The notes beneath the pieces are model-generated. The model did no database searches. It was given only the letters and a program-made list of their open reading frames with translations, and was not told the DNA's origin. This document shows, piece by piece, positions 1 to 9,984 of a DNA stretch of 64,000 nucleotides. Position 1 is the stretch's first letter, and the number at the start of each line of letters is the position of its first letter. A program made the translations under genes and the position numbers. The stretch is from IMG/VR virus record IMGVR_UViG_3300030090_007212, positions 64,001 through 128,000 of that record. One strand, given 5' to 3'. Source of the stretch: a virus.

Positions 1-3000
1 CATAATGAGTCCATGTTCAATTAATTGACCATTATAATTTAATAATCCCTCTGGTGCGTTAGCACCTCTACAAGAACAAAAGGCATTACACCCTGCTACT
101 GAATTTGTACCGCAAGTAGATCTACAACATTCTGCCTGCCATGACGTAGATAAATCATTTGGTAAACCTCCAAGACAGTTATATATACACGGGTCTAAAG
201 GGTTAGGGGGATCAATGTCAGGTGGAAACACCATAGGTGCACCTGTGGAACCTAAAGAAGGTGGTGTATTCCAACAATCTAAACTATTTTTAAAATATTC
301 TCCTCTTTCTATCATTCTAGTAGGGTCACATTTATTTTTATGTAAACCAAACCCACCTTGATTTTCCCAAGTTTCTGTCCCAAATTGATCAATAGTTTTA
401 ACATAATCTGGTTCACCAAATGGGTTAGCCCCTACTTTAGTTTCTGCAACTACTTGTAACCCACTAATATTATTCAATGCCCCTTGTAAAGACGCATAGT
501 TATCAAAAGTAATTTGACATTTTTTATCTGCATCATTTGTCCCATCTAATACTATTTGTTTTGCCGCTAAGTTTAAATTGTCTATACTATTACTATTATA
601 ATCCCCATACCAATCACTTACTATGTTAGCATCTAACCGAGCACTACATCCTTGTATTGTCACTGTAGGGGTACTATACCCCACATCTAATTTTATTCTA
701 TCCTGTAAAAAAGTAGCGTATCCTTGAAACTGAGGAGGATTAGCATTTTTAGTTAAACAATTATAATGACAAAATTTATCTTTCTTTATTTGTCCGAATT
801 TCTTTTTACTCTTTCTAACTTTATATTTTCTTTTTATTAAAGGGAAATATAAACTACCACTTACCCAATCATTATAAAAATCAAATTTTAACATTTTTAA
901 AAACACTGCCACAGGTTCTAATACACATGATACCCAATCTTTTATTATTGGAGTTTGTAATCCACCACACGTCCAACAACTATAAGGTTTAACATATGTA
1001 TCATTACACACATCTTTAGCAAATGGAGTTTTTAATATAGTAGGTTTAATGGTTATATCCTCTTCTTTACATTTTAACCCTATTAAAGGTATTTTTATAC
1101 AACATTTATCATCACAACAATCAAAGTTACTCCCACAACCACTTCCACCATCACAAGAAAATTCATCCCCACAGTAATTTTGACAAGGATCACAAAATAT
1201 CCCCGAGAATAAACATTGGAATTTTAACCCCCAACACCTACCTAAAAGTTTAATATAACCCGGATCACAGGTATTCCCAACACTACAAGTTTTACAATCA
1301 TTTACTGTTTGTGCTTCCATAGAAGATACACTACCCCCATAAAATGCCACTCTTTTACAACCCGGTCCTGGTGCGTACATACAAGAACCATAATTGTAAC
1401 ACCATCCCCCTGAATAATATTGACAACACGCCGCATTTACATTACCCCCCTGCCAAGAAACACCACTTTGATTATTTAATACATCCCACGTAAGATTGGC
1501 TCTATATCCTCCTCCCGGTCCGACAACTGAACTACATCCAGGTACACTATTTAAAGGGAGCATTAAATTTTGTAAACCTGCCGCATCATAACAATCCCTT
1601 AAATCGTTATTACAACTACCCACAGTATTAACATCATCACATTCTCCTTTAGCATCATAACATTCTGTAGTAAACATCTTTAAATCATTTTCATCATCCC
1701 ATACACCACCAGTATCATCGTATTCTTGTAACCTATATTTGATTTTAAATTGACCACCCTTTAAAGGATAACTACATATAAAAAATGGTATTTTGAATTT
1801 ACATAGTGCAGTTATTAATCCATTAATAATTTGTATTATACCATTTATAACCCCCACTAAATGTGCGAACAAAGAAAGTATAAAACATAATACACTATAT
1901 AATGGATGTATGTTAGTGTCTACCCTATTACTAGGAAATTTATTAACCCCATATCCATTAACAATATCTTTTATACCAATAAATGCTCTGGTTTCGTCTC
2001 TCTGACTCTTTTGAAATCTTCCTATGTATTGTTTAACAGTATAAACTTTTTTCCATCTAAAGGTAAAAAAGTCTTCAATGTAGTTATATTGGTTAGTAAG
2101 GTCATCTTCATATGGAGTATTTTGTGTGATAGTAGATAATTGTTCATTTATTTTCCAATGATCAGTATTTTGTAATGACCCATAAGAGTAAGACCCAAAA
2201 TTATAATTCCCCGTTAAATTAGGGACTAAAAATTTAACTCTTTGTCTTAATCTTTTATCGGTATCAGATTTATCCATTGATACTCTGAATCTAAAATCTG
2301 CTTCTGTTGCAATTCCTTTTATCCCATCAGGACTTGGTATTAAGTTACCAAATTCATCGGTAATTACTTTACGTAAATTCATAGGTAACTGGATTGACCA
2401 GTTTCCATTATCATCTATTGCATCACCATTAATCTCATAACTTTCTATAGTTCCATCAATTGTTCTTCGTATCGCCTCTAATTTTCCTGCACCAGTAATT
2501 ACATCATTCATCTTACCCATATCTTTATCGGGTCGACAATTTTTATTTACCGAATCTTTTTCATCATCGGAAAATATACTACCCATAAAAATGGCGGTAG
2601 GTATTAATTCTAAATCGATAGATATATCTTTTCTAACAATACCAATTGTACTACCCACACTCAAACTATCACACCAATAAGGGTGAACTGTTACGGATAT
2701 ATTTTGAGAATATATTTGGGTGAGATTATCTAAATTATTAGAGGATTTAAATTTAAATCTACTATCAAATAAATCTTCACTATAACCTTGTGCAATTAAT
2801 TCATAAGGTCTAGAAGATATAAATCCAATATCACTAACATCCATATCATAATGTAAGGTATGTTCCCCCACAGGAACCCCAAATAATATAAAATCTCCCG
2901 CCTGATTGGTGGTAGTGGTATATTTATAATACTTTTCATATATTTCTAAAGTTGTTCCATTGTCTAACATCTCTCTTTTAGAAGGGAAAGTTCCGACTGG

Positions 3001-3363
3001 GGTATGATCAAATGTTTGTTGTTTATTTGGTAATAAATTATAACGTATACCTCTATCATTTTTTTCATCATTAGTAGGTGAGGTATATGGATATATTGAA
3101 GATATGACTGGATTATTTAAATCCGCCTCTTCAATGGGCACAAAAATGGATACCTTTACATTAGGTACACCAAATCCATTATTAATGTCTATTCTTCCCG
3201 CAATTACCCCATAATCGGCACAGAAGTTTTGATACTCATCGGTTTGAGAAATTTTCAAACTTAGTATTTCTAGAAAATCATAGTGTTGATTTAAATCTAG
3301 ATTTACCTTTAAGTACCCATCATCTTCACCTGGTTTGGTTCTAATACGGTATGATTTAGACAT
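1..3363 (-). CDS. Large putative virion/baseplate-associated protein with a Cys-rich C-terminal half; runs off the window edge (>1121 aa)
   Basis: Absent from the ORF track because it has no stop in the window. Starts ATG at 3363 (MSKSYRIRTKPGEDDGYLKVNLDLNQHYDFLEILSLKI...). Read by hand without a stop to about position 1050; the remainder appears open and in frame to position 1. Hydrophobic stretch at ~1800-1910 followed by many CC/CxxC motifs. Lies directly downstream of baseplate genes. Confidence 0.8.
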   Translation of the reverse strand, partial: MSKSYRIRTKPGEDDGYLKVNLDLNQHYDFLEILSLKISQTDEYQNFCADYGVIAGRIDINNGFGVPNVKVSIFVPIEEADLNNPVISSIYPYTSPTNDEKNDRGIRYNLLPNKQQTFDHTPVGTFPSKREMLDNGTTLEIYEKYYKYTTTTNQAGDFILFGVPVGEHTLHYDMDVSDIGFISSRPYELIAQGYSEDLFDSRFKFKSSNNLDNLTQIYSQNISVTVHPYWCDSLSVGSTIGIVRKDISIDLELIPTAIFMGSIFSDDEKDSVNKNCRPDKDMGKMNDVITGAGKLEAIRRTIDGTIESYEINGDAIDDNGNWSIQLPMNLRKVITDEFGNLIPSPDGIKGIATEADFRFRVSMDKSDTDKRLRQRVKFLVPNLTGNYNFGSYSYGSLQNTDHWKINEQLSTITQNTPYEDDLTNQYNYIEDFFTFRWKKVYTVKQYIGRFQKSQRDETRAFIGIKDIVNGYGVNKFPSNRVDTNIHPLYSVLCFILSLFAHLVGVINGIIQIINGLITALCKFKIPFFICSYPLKGGQFKIKYRLQEYDDTGGVWDDENDLKMFTTECYDAKGECDDVNTVGSCNNDLRDCYDAAGLQNLMLPLNSVPGCSSVVGPGGGYRANLTWDVLNNQSGVSWQGGNVNAACCQYYSGGWCYNYGSCMYAPGPGCKRVAFYGGSVSSMEAQTVNDCKTCSVGNTCDPGYIKLLGRCWGLKFQCLFSGIFCDPCQNYCGDEFSCDGGSGCGSNFDCCDDKCCIKIPLIGLKCKEEDITIKPTILKTPFAKDVCNDTYVKPYSCWTCGGLQTPIIKDWVSCVLEPVAVFLKMLKFDFYNDWVSGSLYFPLIKRKYKVRKSKKKFGQIKKDKFCHYNCLTKNANPPQFQGYATFLQDRIKLDVGYSTPTVTIQGCSARLDANIVSDWYGDYNSNSIDNLNLAAKQIVLDGTNDADKKCQITFDNYASLQGALNNISGLQVVAETKVGANPFGEPDYVKTIDQFGTETWENQGGFGLHKNKCDPTRMIERGEYFKNSLDCWNTPPSLGSTGAPMVFPPDIDPPNPLDPCIYNCLGGLPNDLSTSWQAECCRSTCGTNSVAGCNAFCSCRGANAPEGLLNYNGQLIEHGLIM

Positions 3364-3367
3364 CCTT

Positions 3368-3772
3368 TCAATTTAATTCTGCTTTTTTGTTATCTTCAAT
3401 ATCTTCGTAGACTTCGATATCTAATAGTTCACTATTTTCGTCATATCCACCATTATTTTTGAATTGTTGTTCTCTTTTCTTTATTTCCTTTTTAATCCTA
3501 AATTGTTGTAATTTCACAAATAAATTGGTGAATCCATTACGGAATCTTTTATTAATCCCATTAACTGATTTAGGTATAAAGAAATGTATAAATACTTGAA
3601 AAACTAACGCCAATACTATAAAGGGTATTGCTAATACTACCGCTATAAAGGTACCTACTTTAATTAAAAAGTAATCCGTTACATTGGAATTCATTAGTTG
3701 GTCGGATACTAAACTAATATTATCTTTTTCTTCTTGATTTTGATTCTGTTGATTACATGTACTACATCCCAT
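3368..3772 (-). CDS. Small membrane protein with N-terminal CxxC
   Basis: 134 aa; begins MGCSTC; one long hydrophobic segment (FLIKVGTFIAVVLAIPFIVLALVFQVFIHFFI). Confidence 0.7.
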   Translation of the reverse strand: MGCSTCNQQNQNQEEKDNISLVSDQLMNSNVTDYFLIKVGTFIAVVLAIPFIVLALVFQVFIHFFIPKSVNGINKRFRNGFTNLFVKLQQFRIKKEIKKREQQFKNNGGYDENSELLDIEVYEDIEDNKKAELN

Positions 3773-3824
3773 AACTTTATTTTTTTACTTAAAACTAATT
3801 AAAAAAACGAAAAAGTAACTATTA

Positions 3825-5648
3825 TTATGTACTAACACTTACTTTAATGTCCTTATTTGGGTATTTTACCTCAAACATTCCATTAGGGATTCCAAATAGA
3901 GTATATCTATTTAATAAGTCAACTTGACGTGTGGCATCATCTAATAACGGTTGTGCTATTTCATTAAAAGAATATTTTCCATTCTCATTAACTTTATTAT
4001 ATATTCTTAAATCCGTTACATTTAATACCCCTGCAACATTGTTTATATTCTCAATTAAATCAGATAGGTAAATATTATCACCCATATCCCATTTATTGAT
4101 ATCCATATAATCGGTAATTGAAGTTATTACTCCTGATATGATTTCCCCTTTAGGTATATTCTTATCAACAAATAAATCAACTTCAAACCCTAAATTTATT
4201 ACTTGCCCATTCTTTATGGTTACGTAATCATTTATCATTCTATAATCTGCCAAATATTCGGCAATATTTTCTTTTAATGTAGAGGTGGATTGTGTAGTTA
4301 ATTTTCCATTCTCATCTAATGCAAGTATAGAAACATTAACTTTATTTCTTTCCTCCCAAACACCAGTCCTAAATGGAACCCCATATCTACCCGGCATTAA
4401 CTTTACTCTACTTTGATAATCTTTTATTGTCACACATCTATGTTGTGATGAAAAGTTATATCTAACTAAATTTCTAATTTCTTCTATTGATGGTTGTCCT
4501 AACCCTCCCATTGCAGGGATTGGGTTGTTAATAGTTAAACTTTCTCTTACTTGTGTATTAATATTACTATCATTACCATTAACGATGAAATTAATTACCC
4601 CTAATTGGGTTAATACGTTAGGCCCAATGTTAGAACTATTACCACCCCCTACTCTGTATCTAATAAACATAGTATTACTCACAGGTGGGATATCTCCCAA
4701 TGATGAATTATTAATTAAATTTCCTATTCTATCTATTTGACCTCTACACCCCACAAAATCATTTAATGCGGAAGTATCGGCTTCACCACCACCGAAAATA
4801 ATTCTACAAAATCCATTATCCGTAAAATCTTTTATAAATCTTTGTGGTGCATTTTTCCATTTACCAGGAGAAATACTACTATTATCACTTAATGTAGTAT
4901 CATCAGTAGTATAAATTTCTGCTTGTGCTAACGCTGGTACTTCATACCAATTATTTTCAAACGCTGCCCACTCACTTTCGGTTGGGTTAGTAGTAAAATT
5001 AGTTCCTTCTTTAGTAATAATGTTTTCAATAGATAATACATTATCATCAGGTAATATAAGTTCATTAAAAGGTTTATAATCTTGTATTTCAATAATCTTT
5101 TTAAATATTTTAGTAAATCCATTTAAAACTATTTCTCTTTTTACTAAATTATAACTTTGTATTTGACCACTACTATCAATATTAGGTAGAATTAATCTAT
5201 TGGGTATACCTCCTGTTGTAAATGGAGATGTAAAGTCACAATCTTCCATTAATTCAAATACTTTACCTGCACCATTTGCTTGGGATCCTTTAAGAATTTT
5301 AGGTGCGTAAGATAAATCAAAGGTGTCTCCTTTTACAGGAACTGTTACTGTCCAATCCACAATTGTAATACTAGGTCTCTTTCCCGGTACATTCAATCCG
5401 AAAGTTCTAGCTAATTCTAATAAAGACGATCTTTCTTGAGCATAATCTATTTGAGTTTCATTAAACATTCTATCGGTTTGGAAAGATAACATGTCTCCTA
5501 CCGCAGCATTTAACTCTAATAACATCATACCCACAGAGGCATCATTAAAATCAGAAAATACATCTGGATAATATTGTTTAATAAATTTTACTAACTGATC
5601 CCTTACATCAGCGAAATTTCTAGCGTTATAATCAATTTTCTTTATCAT
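3825..5648 (-). CDS. Baseplate wedge subunit (T4 gp6 / baseplate J-like)
   Basis: 607 aa; N-terminal DY.ARNF..VR..L, 'ELNAAVGDMLSF', 'YRVGGG..SN' and 'RCVTIKDY' motifs typical of gp6/J; adjacent to a gp25-like gene. Confidence 0.9.
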   Translation of the reverse strand: MIKKIDYNARNFADVRDQLVKFIKQYYPDVFSDFNDASVGMMLLELNAAVGDMLSFQTDRMFNETQIDYAQERSSLLELARTFGLNVPGKRPSITIVDWTVTVPVKGDTFDLSYAPKILKGSQANGAGKVFELMEDCDFTSPFTTGGIPNRLILPNIDSSGQIQSYNLVKREIVLNGFTKIFKKIIEIQDYKPFNELILPDDNVLSIENIITKEGTNFTTNPTESEWAAFENNWYEVPALAQAEIYTTDDTTLSDNSSISPGKWKNAPQRFIKDFTDNGFCRIIFGGGEADTSALNDFVGCRGQIDRIGNLINNSSLGDIPPVSNTMFIRYRVGGGNSSNIGPNVLTQLGVINFIVNGNDSNINTQVRESLTINNPIPAMGGLGQPSIEEIRNLVRYNFSSQHRCVTIKDYQSRVKLMPGRYGVPFRTGVWEERNKVNVSILALDENGKLTTQSTSTLKENIAEYLADYRMINDYVTIKNGQVINLGFEVDLFVDKNIPKGEIISGVITSITDYMDINKWDMGDNIYLSDLIENINNVAGVLNVTDLRIYNKVNENGKYSFNEIAQPLLDDATRQVDLLNRYTLFGIPNGMFEVKYPNKDIKVSVST

Positions 5649-5650
5649 AA

Positions 5651-6034
5651 TTAAAATGTTAACTGTATGGTATCTGAACTACTAAATGTACCTTCAGTAA
5701 CAGTATATTTTAGTTCAACTATTATTAATTCTTGTATATCATCATTTCTAAATGTTATATCATTAACATATAGATTTGGTATATATTTTTTAATTGTTTC
5801 GTTTAAATTATTTCTAATATCATCATGTGTGATATTATCGTTTGGCTCAAAAATATATTTTCTTAAATCACTACCAAAATCAGGTAGATATAACCTCTCC
5901 CCTTTATTTGTTAATAATAGATGTAATAAGTCCGATCTAATAGCATCTTTATCTGTACTATTTAATTTAAAATAATACCCGTTTTCACTATCTCTAAAAG
6001 GGAAATCAATATTTATATATCTTTTATCTGCCAT
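5651..6034 (-). CDS. Baseplate gp25-like sheath-initiator protein
   Basis: 127 aa; 'LLLTNKGERLYLPDFGSDL..YIFEP' is the GPW/gp25 signature. Confidence 0.93.
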   Translation of the reverse strand: MADKRYINIDFPFRDSENGYYFKLNSTDKDAIRSDLLHLLLTNKGERLYLPDFGSDLRKYIFEPNDNITHDDIRNNLNETIKKYIPNLYVNDITFRNDDIQELIIVELKYTVTEGTFSSSDTIQLTF

Positions 6035-6084
6035 TTGTATATAAATATTCTACAATAAATTTTTTAAAAGAAAAGTATTAATAT

Positions 6085-6114
6085 AAAAAAAAGGTACCCA
6101 TAAGAGTACCTTTT
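6085..6114 (-). terminator. Intrinsic terminator after the RNR gene
   Basis: Minus strand reads AAAAGGTACTC-TTAT-GGGTACC-TTTTTTTT: a stem-loop followed by a U-tract. Confidence 0.8.
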
Positions 6115-6137
6115 AATTAAATATATGTGTGAGTTAA

Positions 6138-7997
6138 TTAAGTAATTTCACATGCACCACCTGCACAAGCTAACTCTGAAGTTAAAGTAGTTTCATCTTT
6201 ATCTTCTACAATTTTAGATAAATCTATATCTTGTAAGAATTGAAACATTCTTTCGTATTGTTCCTCAGTTATATCCTCAAAAGGGGCTTGTACATACGTT
6301 CCACCATCATATGGTAATACAGACAACCCATTATAGTGTTCTCTATTATCCCACATCCATTCACCTGCCAATTCCCAATCTTCTTCTTTCAATGAGATGG
6401 TTGCAGATACATTATGACTATTAGAACCATTTCTATGTCCACTTTTAACCCATTCCGTTGCCACTTTTTTCACTCTTTCTAAAAGTTCGAAAGCAGATTC
6501 AGTTCTTAAAATAGAACCTTCTGGTGCGGCTTGAGGGATAGATATTACTGCAGTATCATGTCCACGAAAATAATCATCTTCTACTAATTCAGGATGATTT
6601 TGTTTTAAGTATGTATAAATAGATTCATTTTTACCTACTCTTATTCTTCTAATATAGAAGTCATTATGCCAGGCATGTATACCTGATGAAGTACCTAATG
6701 TTAATGAAGTTGTCCCTGCAGGTTTAACTGTAGTTGTTCTAGCAGCTTTATTAATTCCTAATATTTTAGCAACTCTAGAATTTTCCCTTTTAACAACGTC
6801 TGCAGCTTTAGACATATCATAACCTAATACTCTTCCTGACCCTATTCCTGTCATTGATACACCAATCAACGCATCTTTTTCAGTAGTTTCTCTCCATATA
6901 TCTCTTAGATAATGGAAATCAGTGTATCCAGCTTGTAATGTACCAATAAATGCTGCAGCTTTAACTCTTTCGTTTAAATCTTCTTGAGATTGGATGTTAC
7001 TCACATTTACTTCACATAGATTACAGAATTGGTAAGGTCGTAGAGCAATCTCACAACAAGGATTAGTTCCCCAATCTTTATCATTATTTAAATAAATTCC
7101 TGGTTCACCAGATTGACTCAATTCAACTCTTTTCCAAAGATTCATAAAAAACTTTTTAGTAATTTTATGTCTCATTAAACAAGCTGAATTATTTGCTCTA
7201 CCTCTTTGTGGGTTAAGTTCCCACCAGTTTCCTGATTTACAACCAATCATTAAATCATCATCTGCACTAAATAAACTAATTAGTGCCGCTCTTCTTATAC
7301 CACCTGCCAATACTGCATCTGCAATATGACAAACAATATCATGAACTTCAACAGTAGATAATTTATCACCATCTTCATGATTTTCTAAAATACCAGTAAT
7401 CTTAAGAATACATTCTTTTAATGGTTGAGGTCCCGGTGCTTTACCACCAGATGTTATTAATCTCGCACCTTTAGGGCGAATATCAGAATAATCAAATTCA
7501 ATTCGTGAACCTTTACCATTTAAGTATGATTTCATTAATACTTTAATCGCATCTGCCCAACCTTCAATAGAATCTCCAATAAGGAATCTTCTTTTTCTTT
7601 TAGGGTAAGGTTTATTTACGGGTGGTAATTTTTCAACGTGATGTTTTTGTACGGAATAACCTACACCAGTTCCACCTAATAATAGGAACATACACTCACT
7701 AAAGGAATCGATATGGTCAATAGGCATATATGCACAATTATAAATTCTGTTTGGGGATATCTCAATTGGTTTACCACCAAATTGCATACTCCTCATTGAG
7801 GGTAATACTTTCTTATCATATACAAATTTATAATTTTTTTCAATATCCTCTTTTAATTCAGGATATTTCTTAATGTGCATGTTTTTATTCCTGGTGACTA
7901 ACTCTTCCCAAGTTTCTCTTCTATTAAAATCGGGTAGATATCTAGCATATTTCATGTAGACTGTTATATCCGATAAAATCTTATTTGACAACTTCAT
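6138..7997 (-). CDS. nrdJ: Class II (adenosylcobalamin-dependent) ribonucleotide reductase, monomeric RTPR type
   Basis: 619 aa; 'RRETWEE', 'GGTGVGYS', 'GGIRRAA', active site 'TNPCCEI', 'TTVKPAGT' and C-terminal redox pair 'CAGGAC'. No beta subunit or activase nearby. Confidence 0.92.
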   Translation of the reverse strand: MKLSNKILSDITVYMKYARYLPDFNRRETWEELVTRNKNMHIKKYPELKEDIEKNYKFVYDKKVLPSMRSMQFGGKPIEISPNRIYNCAYMPIDHIDSFSECMFLLLGGTGVGYSVQKHHVEKLPPVNKPYPKRKRRFLIGDSIEGWADAIKVLMKSYLNGKGSRIEFDYSDIRPKGARLITSGGKAPGPQPLKECILKITGILENHEDGDKLSTVEVHDIVCHIADAVLAGGIRRAALISLFSADDDLMIGCKSGNWWELNPQRGRANNSACLMRHKITKKFFMNLWKRVELSQSGEPGIYLNNDKDWGTNPCCEIALRPYQFCNLCEVNVSNIQSQEDLNERVKAAAFIGTLQAGYTDFHYLRDIWRETTEKDALIGVSMTGIGSGRVLGYDMSKAADVVKRENSRVAKILGINKAARTTTVKPAGTTSLTLGTSSGIHAWHNDFYIRRIRVGKNESIYTYLKQNHPELVEDDYFRGHDTAVISIPQAAPEGSILRTESAFELLERVKKVATEWVKSGHRNGSNSHNVSATISLKEEDWELAGEWMWDNREHYNGLSVLPYDGGTYVQAPFEDITEEQYERMFQFLQDIDLSKIVEDKDETTLTSELACAGGACEIT

Positions 7998-8092
7998 TTT
8001 CTTCTCTATTTTTTTTCTTATTATTTTATAGGGTGTTAAACCCCACTATGATTATATACACTATAATCATTTTAAACGTATAAAAAAACTTA

Positions 8093-9484
8093 TTATTCGC
8101 TATTCCCCATGATGCCTTTCTTCTTTTTCATCGCTTCAATCACAAGATTAGATTTCTTTTTTTCTTCTCCTTTTTCGAAATCTAAAAATGAAACATCACT
8201 CGACATTGTGGTATCTATCTTCAATGTACCATTATCAAATAGTATATCTTCCAATATTACCCCATCTTTACCAAACCTAGATTTTAAAATAGCTAAAGTT
8301 GCCCTTCCTTCTTCTTTTTGTTCTAATGTTTTTGCGACCGATAAAATAAAGTGACCTATTTGTCCTTTTTTGATTGATCCTCCGATCATGTCCGCTTCTA
8401 CTACATTAGCACCAATAGAACTTCTATTACCTTGTACTGCCGTCCATCCTACAACATTTAATTCAGAAATCATGGTCTCGAATTGTCTCATAACATTTCC
8501 TTCTCCAGTCCATTCATCTTTAAATTGTTTTGTAGGTGAAACACAATCCATGTAATCTATAAAAACAATATCTGGTTTGGTACCATTTGAACTTAACTTC
8601 CTGAGATACTGTTTAATGTGTGGTATTGTTGTCCCATCACTCGGCATCTTTTTCAAAATCAAATTACCTTCCTTACTTTTAAATTTTGGTAAAATGTTTT
8701 TAATTTTATCTCTGTTTTCAGTTAATTCATTAAGTGGTACTTCAGTCCAACATGTAATATGTTTTCTCTGAATTACCTTGGGGTTATCCTCAAAAAAGAT
8801 TTGTACTACATTATAACCTAAATTATATGCAGTATTTGCCATTTTAGTTATTAATGTTGTTTTACCAACACCAAAAGGTGCTAAAATAACTCCTAACTCT
8901 CCTTTAGATAAACCACCATCCATTAAATTATCAATACCAACCATTCCTGTGGGTATGGGATTTCTAAAATCCTCACATAACACATCATCGATGGCATGAA
9001 ATACATCTATACCCGCATCTTTTTCTGTACCTACGGCTAAAGCATCTTTTAATATTTCTTCACATTCTTCATATCTATCAAAATCTCCCGCATCTAAAAT
9101 CTTTTGTATTTTAGTATTTGCTTTTTTAAGTTCTTGTTGTTTACAAAACTTAATAGCTACTTCTTGAGTGTGTAGACAATCTTTATGATCCGTATTCTTC
9201 ACTTCTTTAATCATAGTAATTGCAGACTCTCTGGCGATTTCTCGTTTAATGTCTACTTTTATTAATTGAAAGAGTGTTTCGTATGTAGGTATAGATTCAT
9301 ACTTTTCAAAGTAATCTTTTAGTGAAGCAATTATAATTCTCAGATACTCATTATCAAAATATAATGGCTCAATAATGTCCATTATTTCTTCTGAAAATTT
9401 TGTGTCTTCGATTAATTGTTTGACTAATCTTATTTGAAAACTATATCCTAAATATCCTAAATTTGTTCTTTTATCCTTAGTCAT
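8093..9484 (-). CDS. Replicative DnaB/gp41-like SF4 helicase
   Basis: 463 aa; 'IPTG..GID..MDGGL', Walker A APFGVGKT, Walker B 'FIDYMD', 'KSRFG'. Confidence 0.92.
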   Translation of the reverse strand: MTKDKRTNLGYLGYSFQIRLVKQLIEDTKFSEEIMDIIEPLYFDNEYLRIIIASLKDYFEKYESIPTYETLFQLIKVDIKREIARESAITMIKEVKNTDHKDCLHTQEVAIKFCKQQELKKANTKIQKILDAGDFDRYEECEEILKDALAVGTEKDAGIDVFHAIDDVLCEDFRNPIPTGMVGIDNLMDGGLSKGELGVILAPFGVGKTTLITKMANTAYNLGYNVVQIFFEDNPKVIQRKHITCWTEVPLNELTENRDKIKNILPKFKSKEGNLILKKMPSDGTTIPHIKQYLRKLSSNGTKPDIVFIDYMDCVSPTKQFKDEWTGEGNVMRQFETMISELNVVGWTAVQGNRSSIGANVVEADMIGGSIKKGQIGHFILSVAKTLEQKEEGRATLAILKSRFGKDGVILEDILFDNGTLKIDTTMSSDVSFLDFEKGEEKKKSNLVIEAMKKKKGIMGNSE

Positions 9485-9519
9485 TTTTATTAAAATGTGG
9501 GTTTAAATATAAATATCTC

Positions 9520-9978
9520 TTAAAGCGCGTAACCTTCATATTCACGCGTATAATTTTTTAAAGTTAATCCATTTTGTATGGTTGAAATTATCTCCGGAAT
9601 AATGGAACGAATGTCAACATCATATCTAACTTTTGGTGGGAAATCATTACCACTAAAAAATGTTTGTGCCACTATTCTTCCTTTAACCTTTATTTGGAAA
9701 GTGAAGATGTCTTCGTTCTCATAAATATTCTTTTTCTCATCCTTCTCCAAAGGTGGTTGAGTTATATACGGATTATAATATCTATATAGATAATCACAAC
9801 TTCTTGCCTTAAATTGTTCTTTAATCACATATACTGCATCATCTATAGTTTCTTTTAATTCTAAAGATCGTAAACTATGTACATTAAAACCTTTAATTTG
9901 GAAATTTCTTCCGACTATAGGTTTATTATTAATCAATAATAAAAATTCATAAGGGAGATTTTCATAATTCTTTTTCAT
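9520..9978 (-). CDS. Hypothetical protein in the replication operon
   Basis: 152 aa ORF tightly packed between the exonuclease and helicase genes. Confidence 0.75.
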   Translation of the reverse strand: MKKNYENLPYEFLLLINNKPIVGRNFQIKGFNVHSLRSLELKETIDDAVYVIKEQFKARSCDYLYRYYNPYITQPPLEKDEKKNIYENEDIFTFQIKVKGRIVAQTFFSGNDFPPKVRYDVDIRSIIPEIISTIQNGLTLKNYTREYEGYAL

Positions 9979-9984
9979 AACTTT

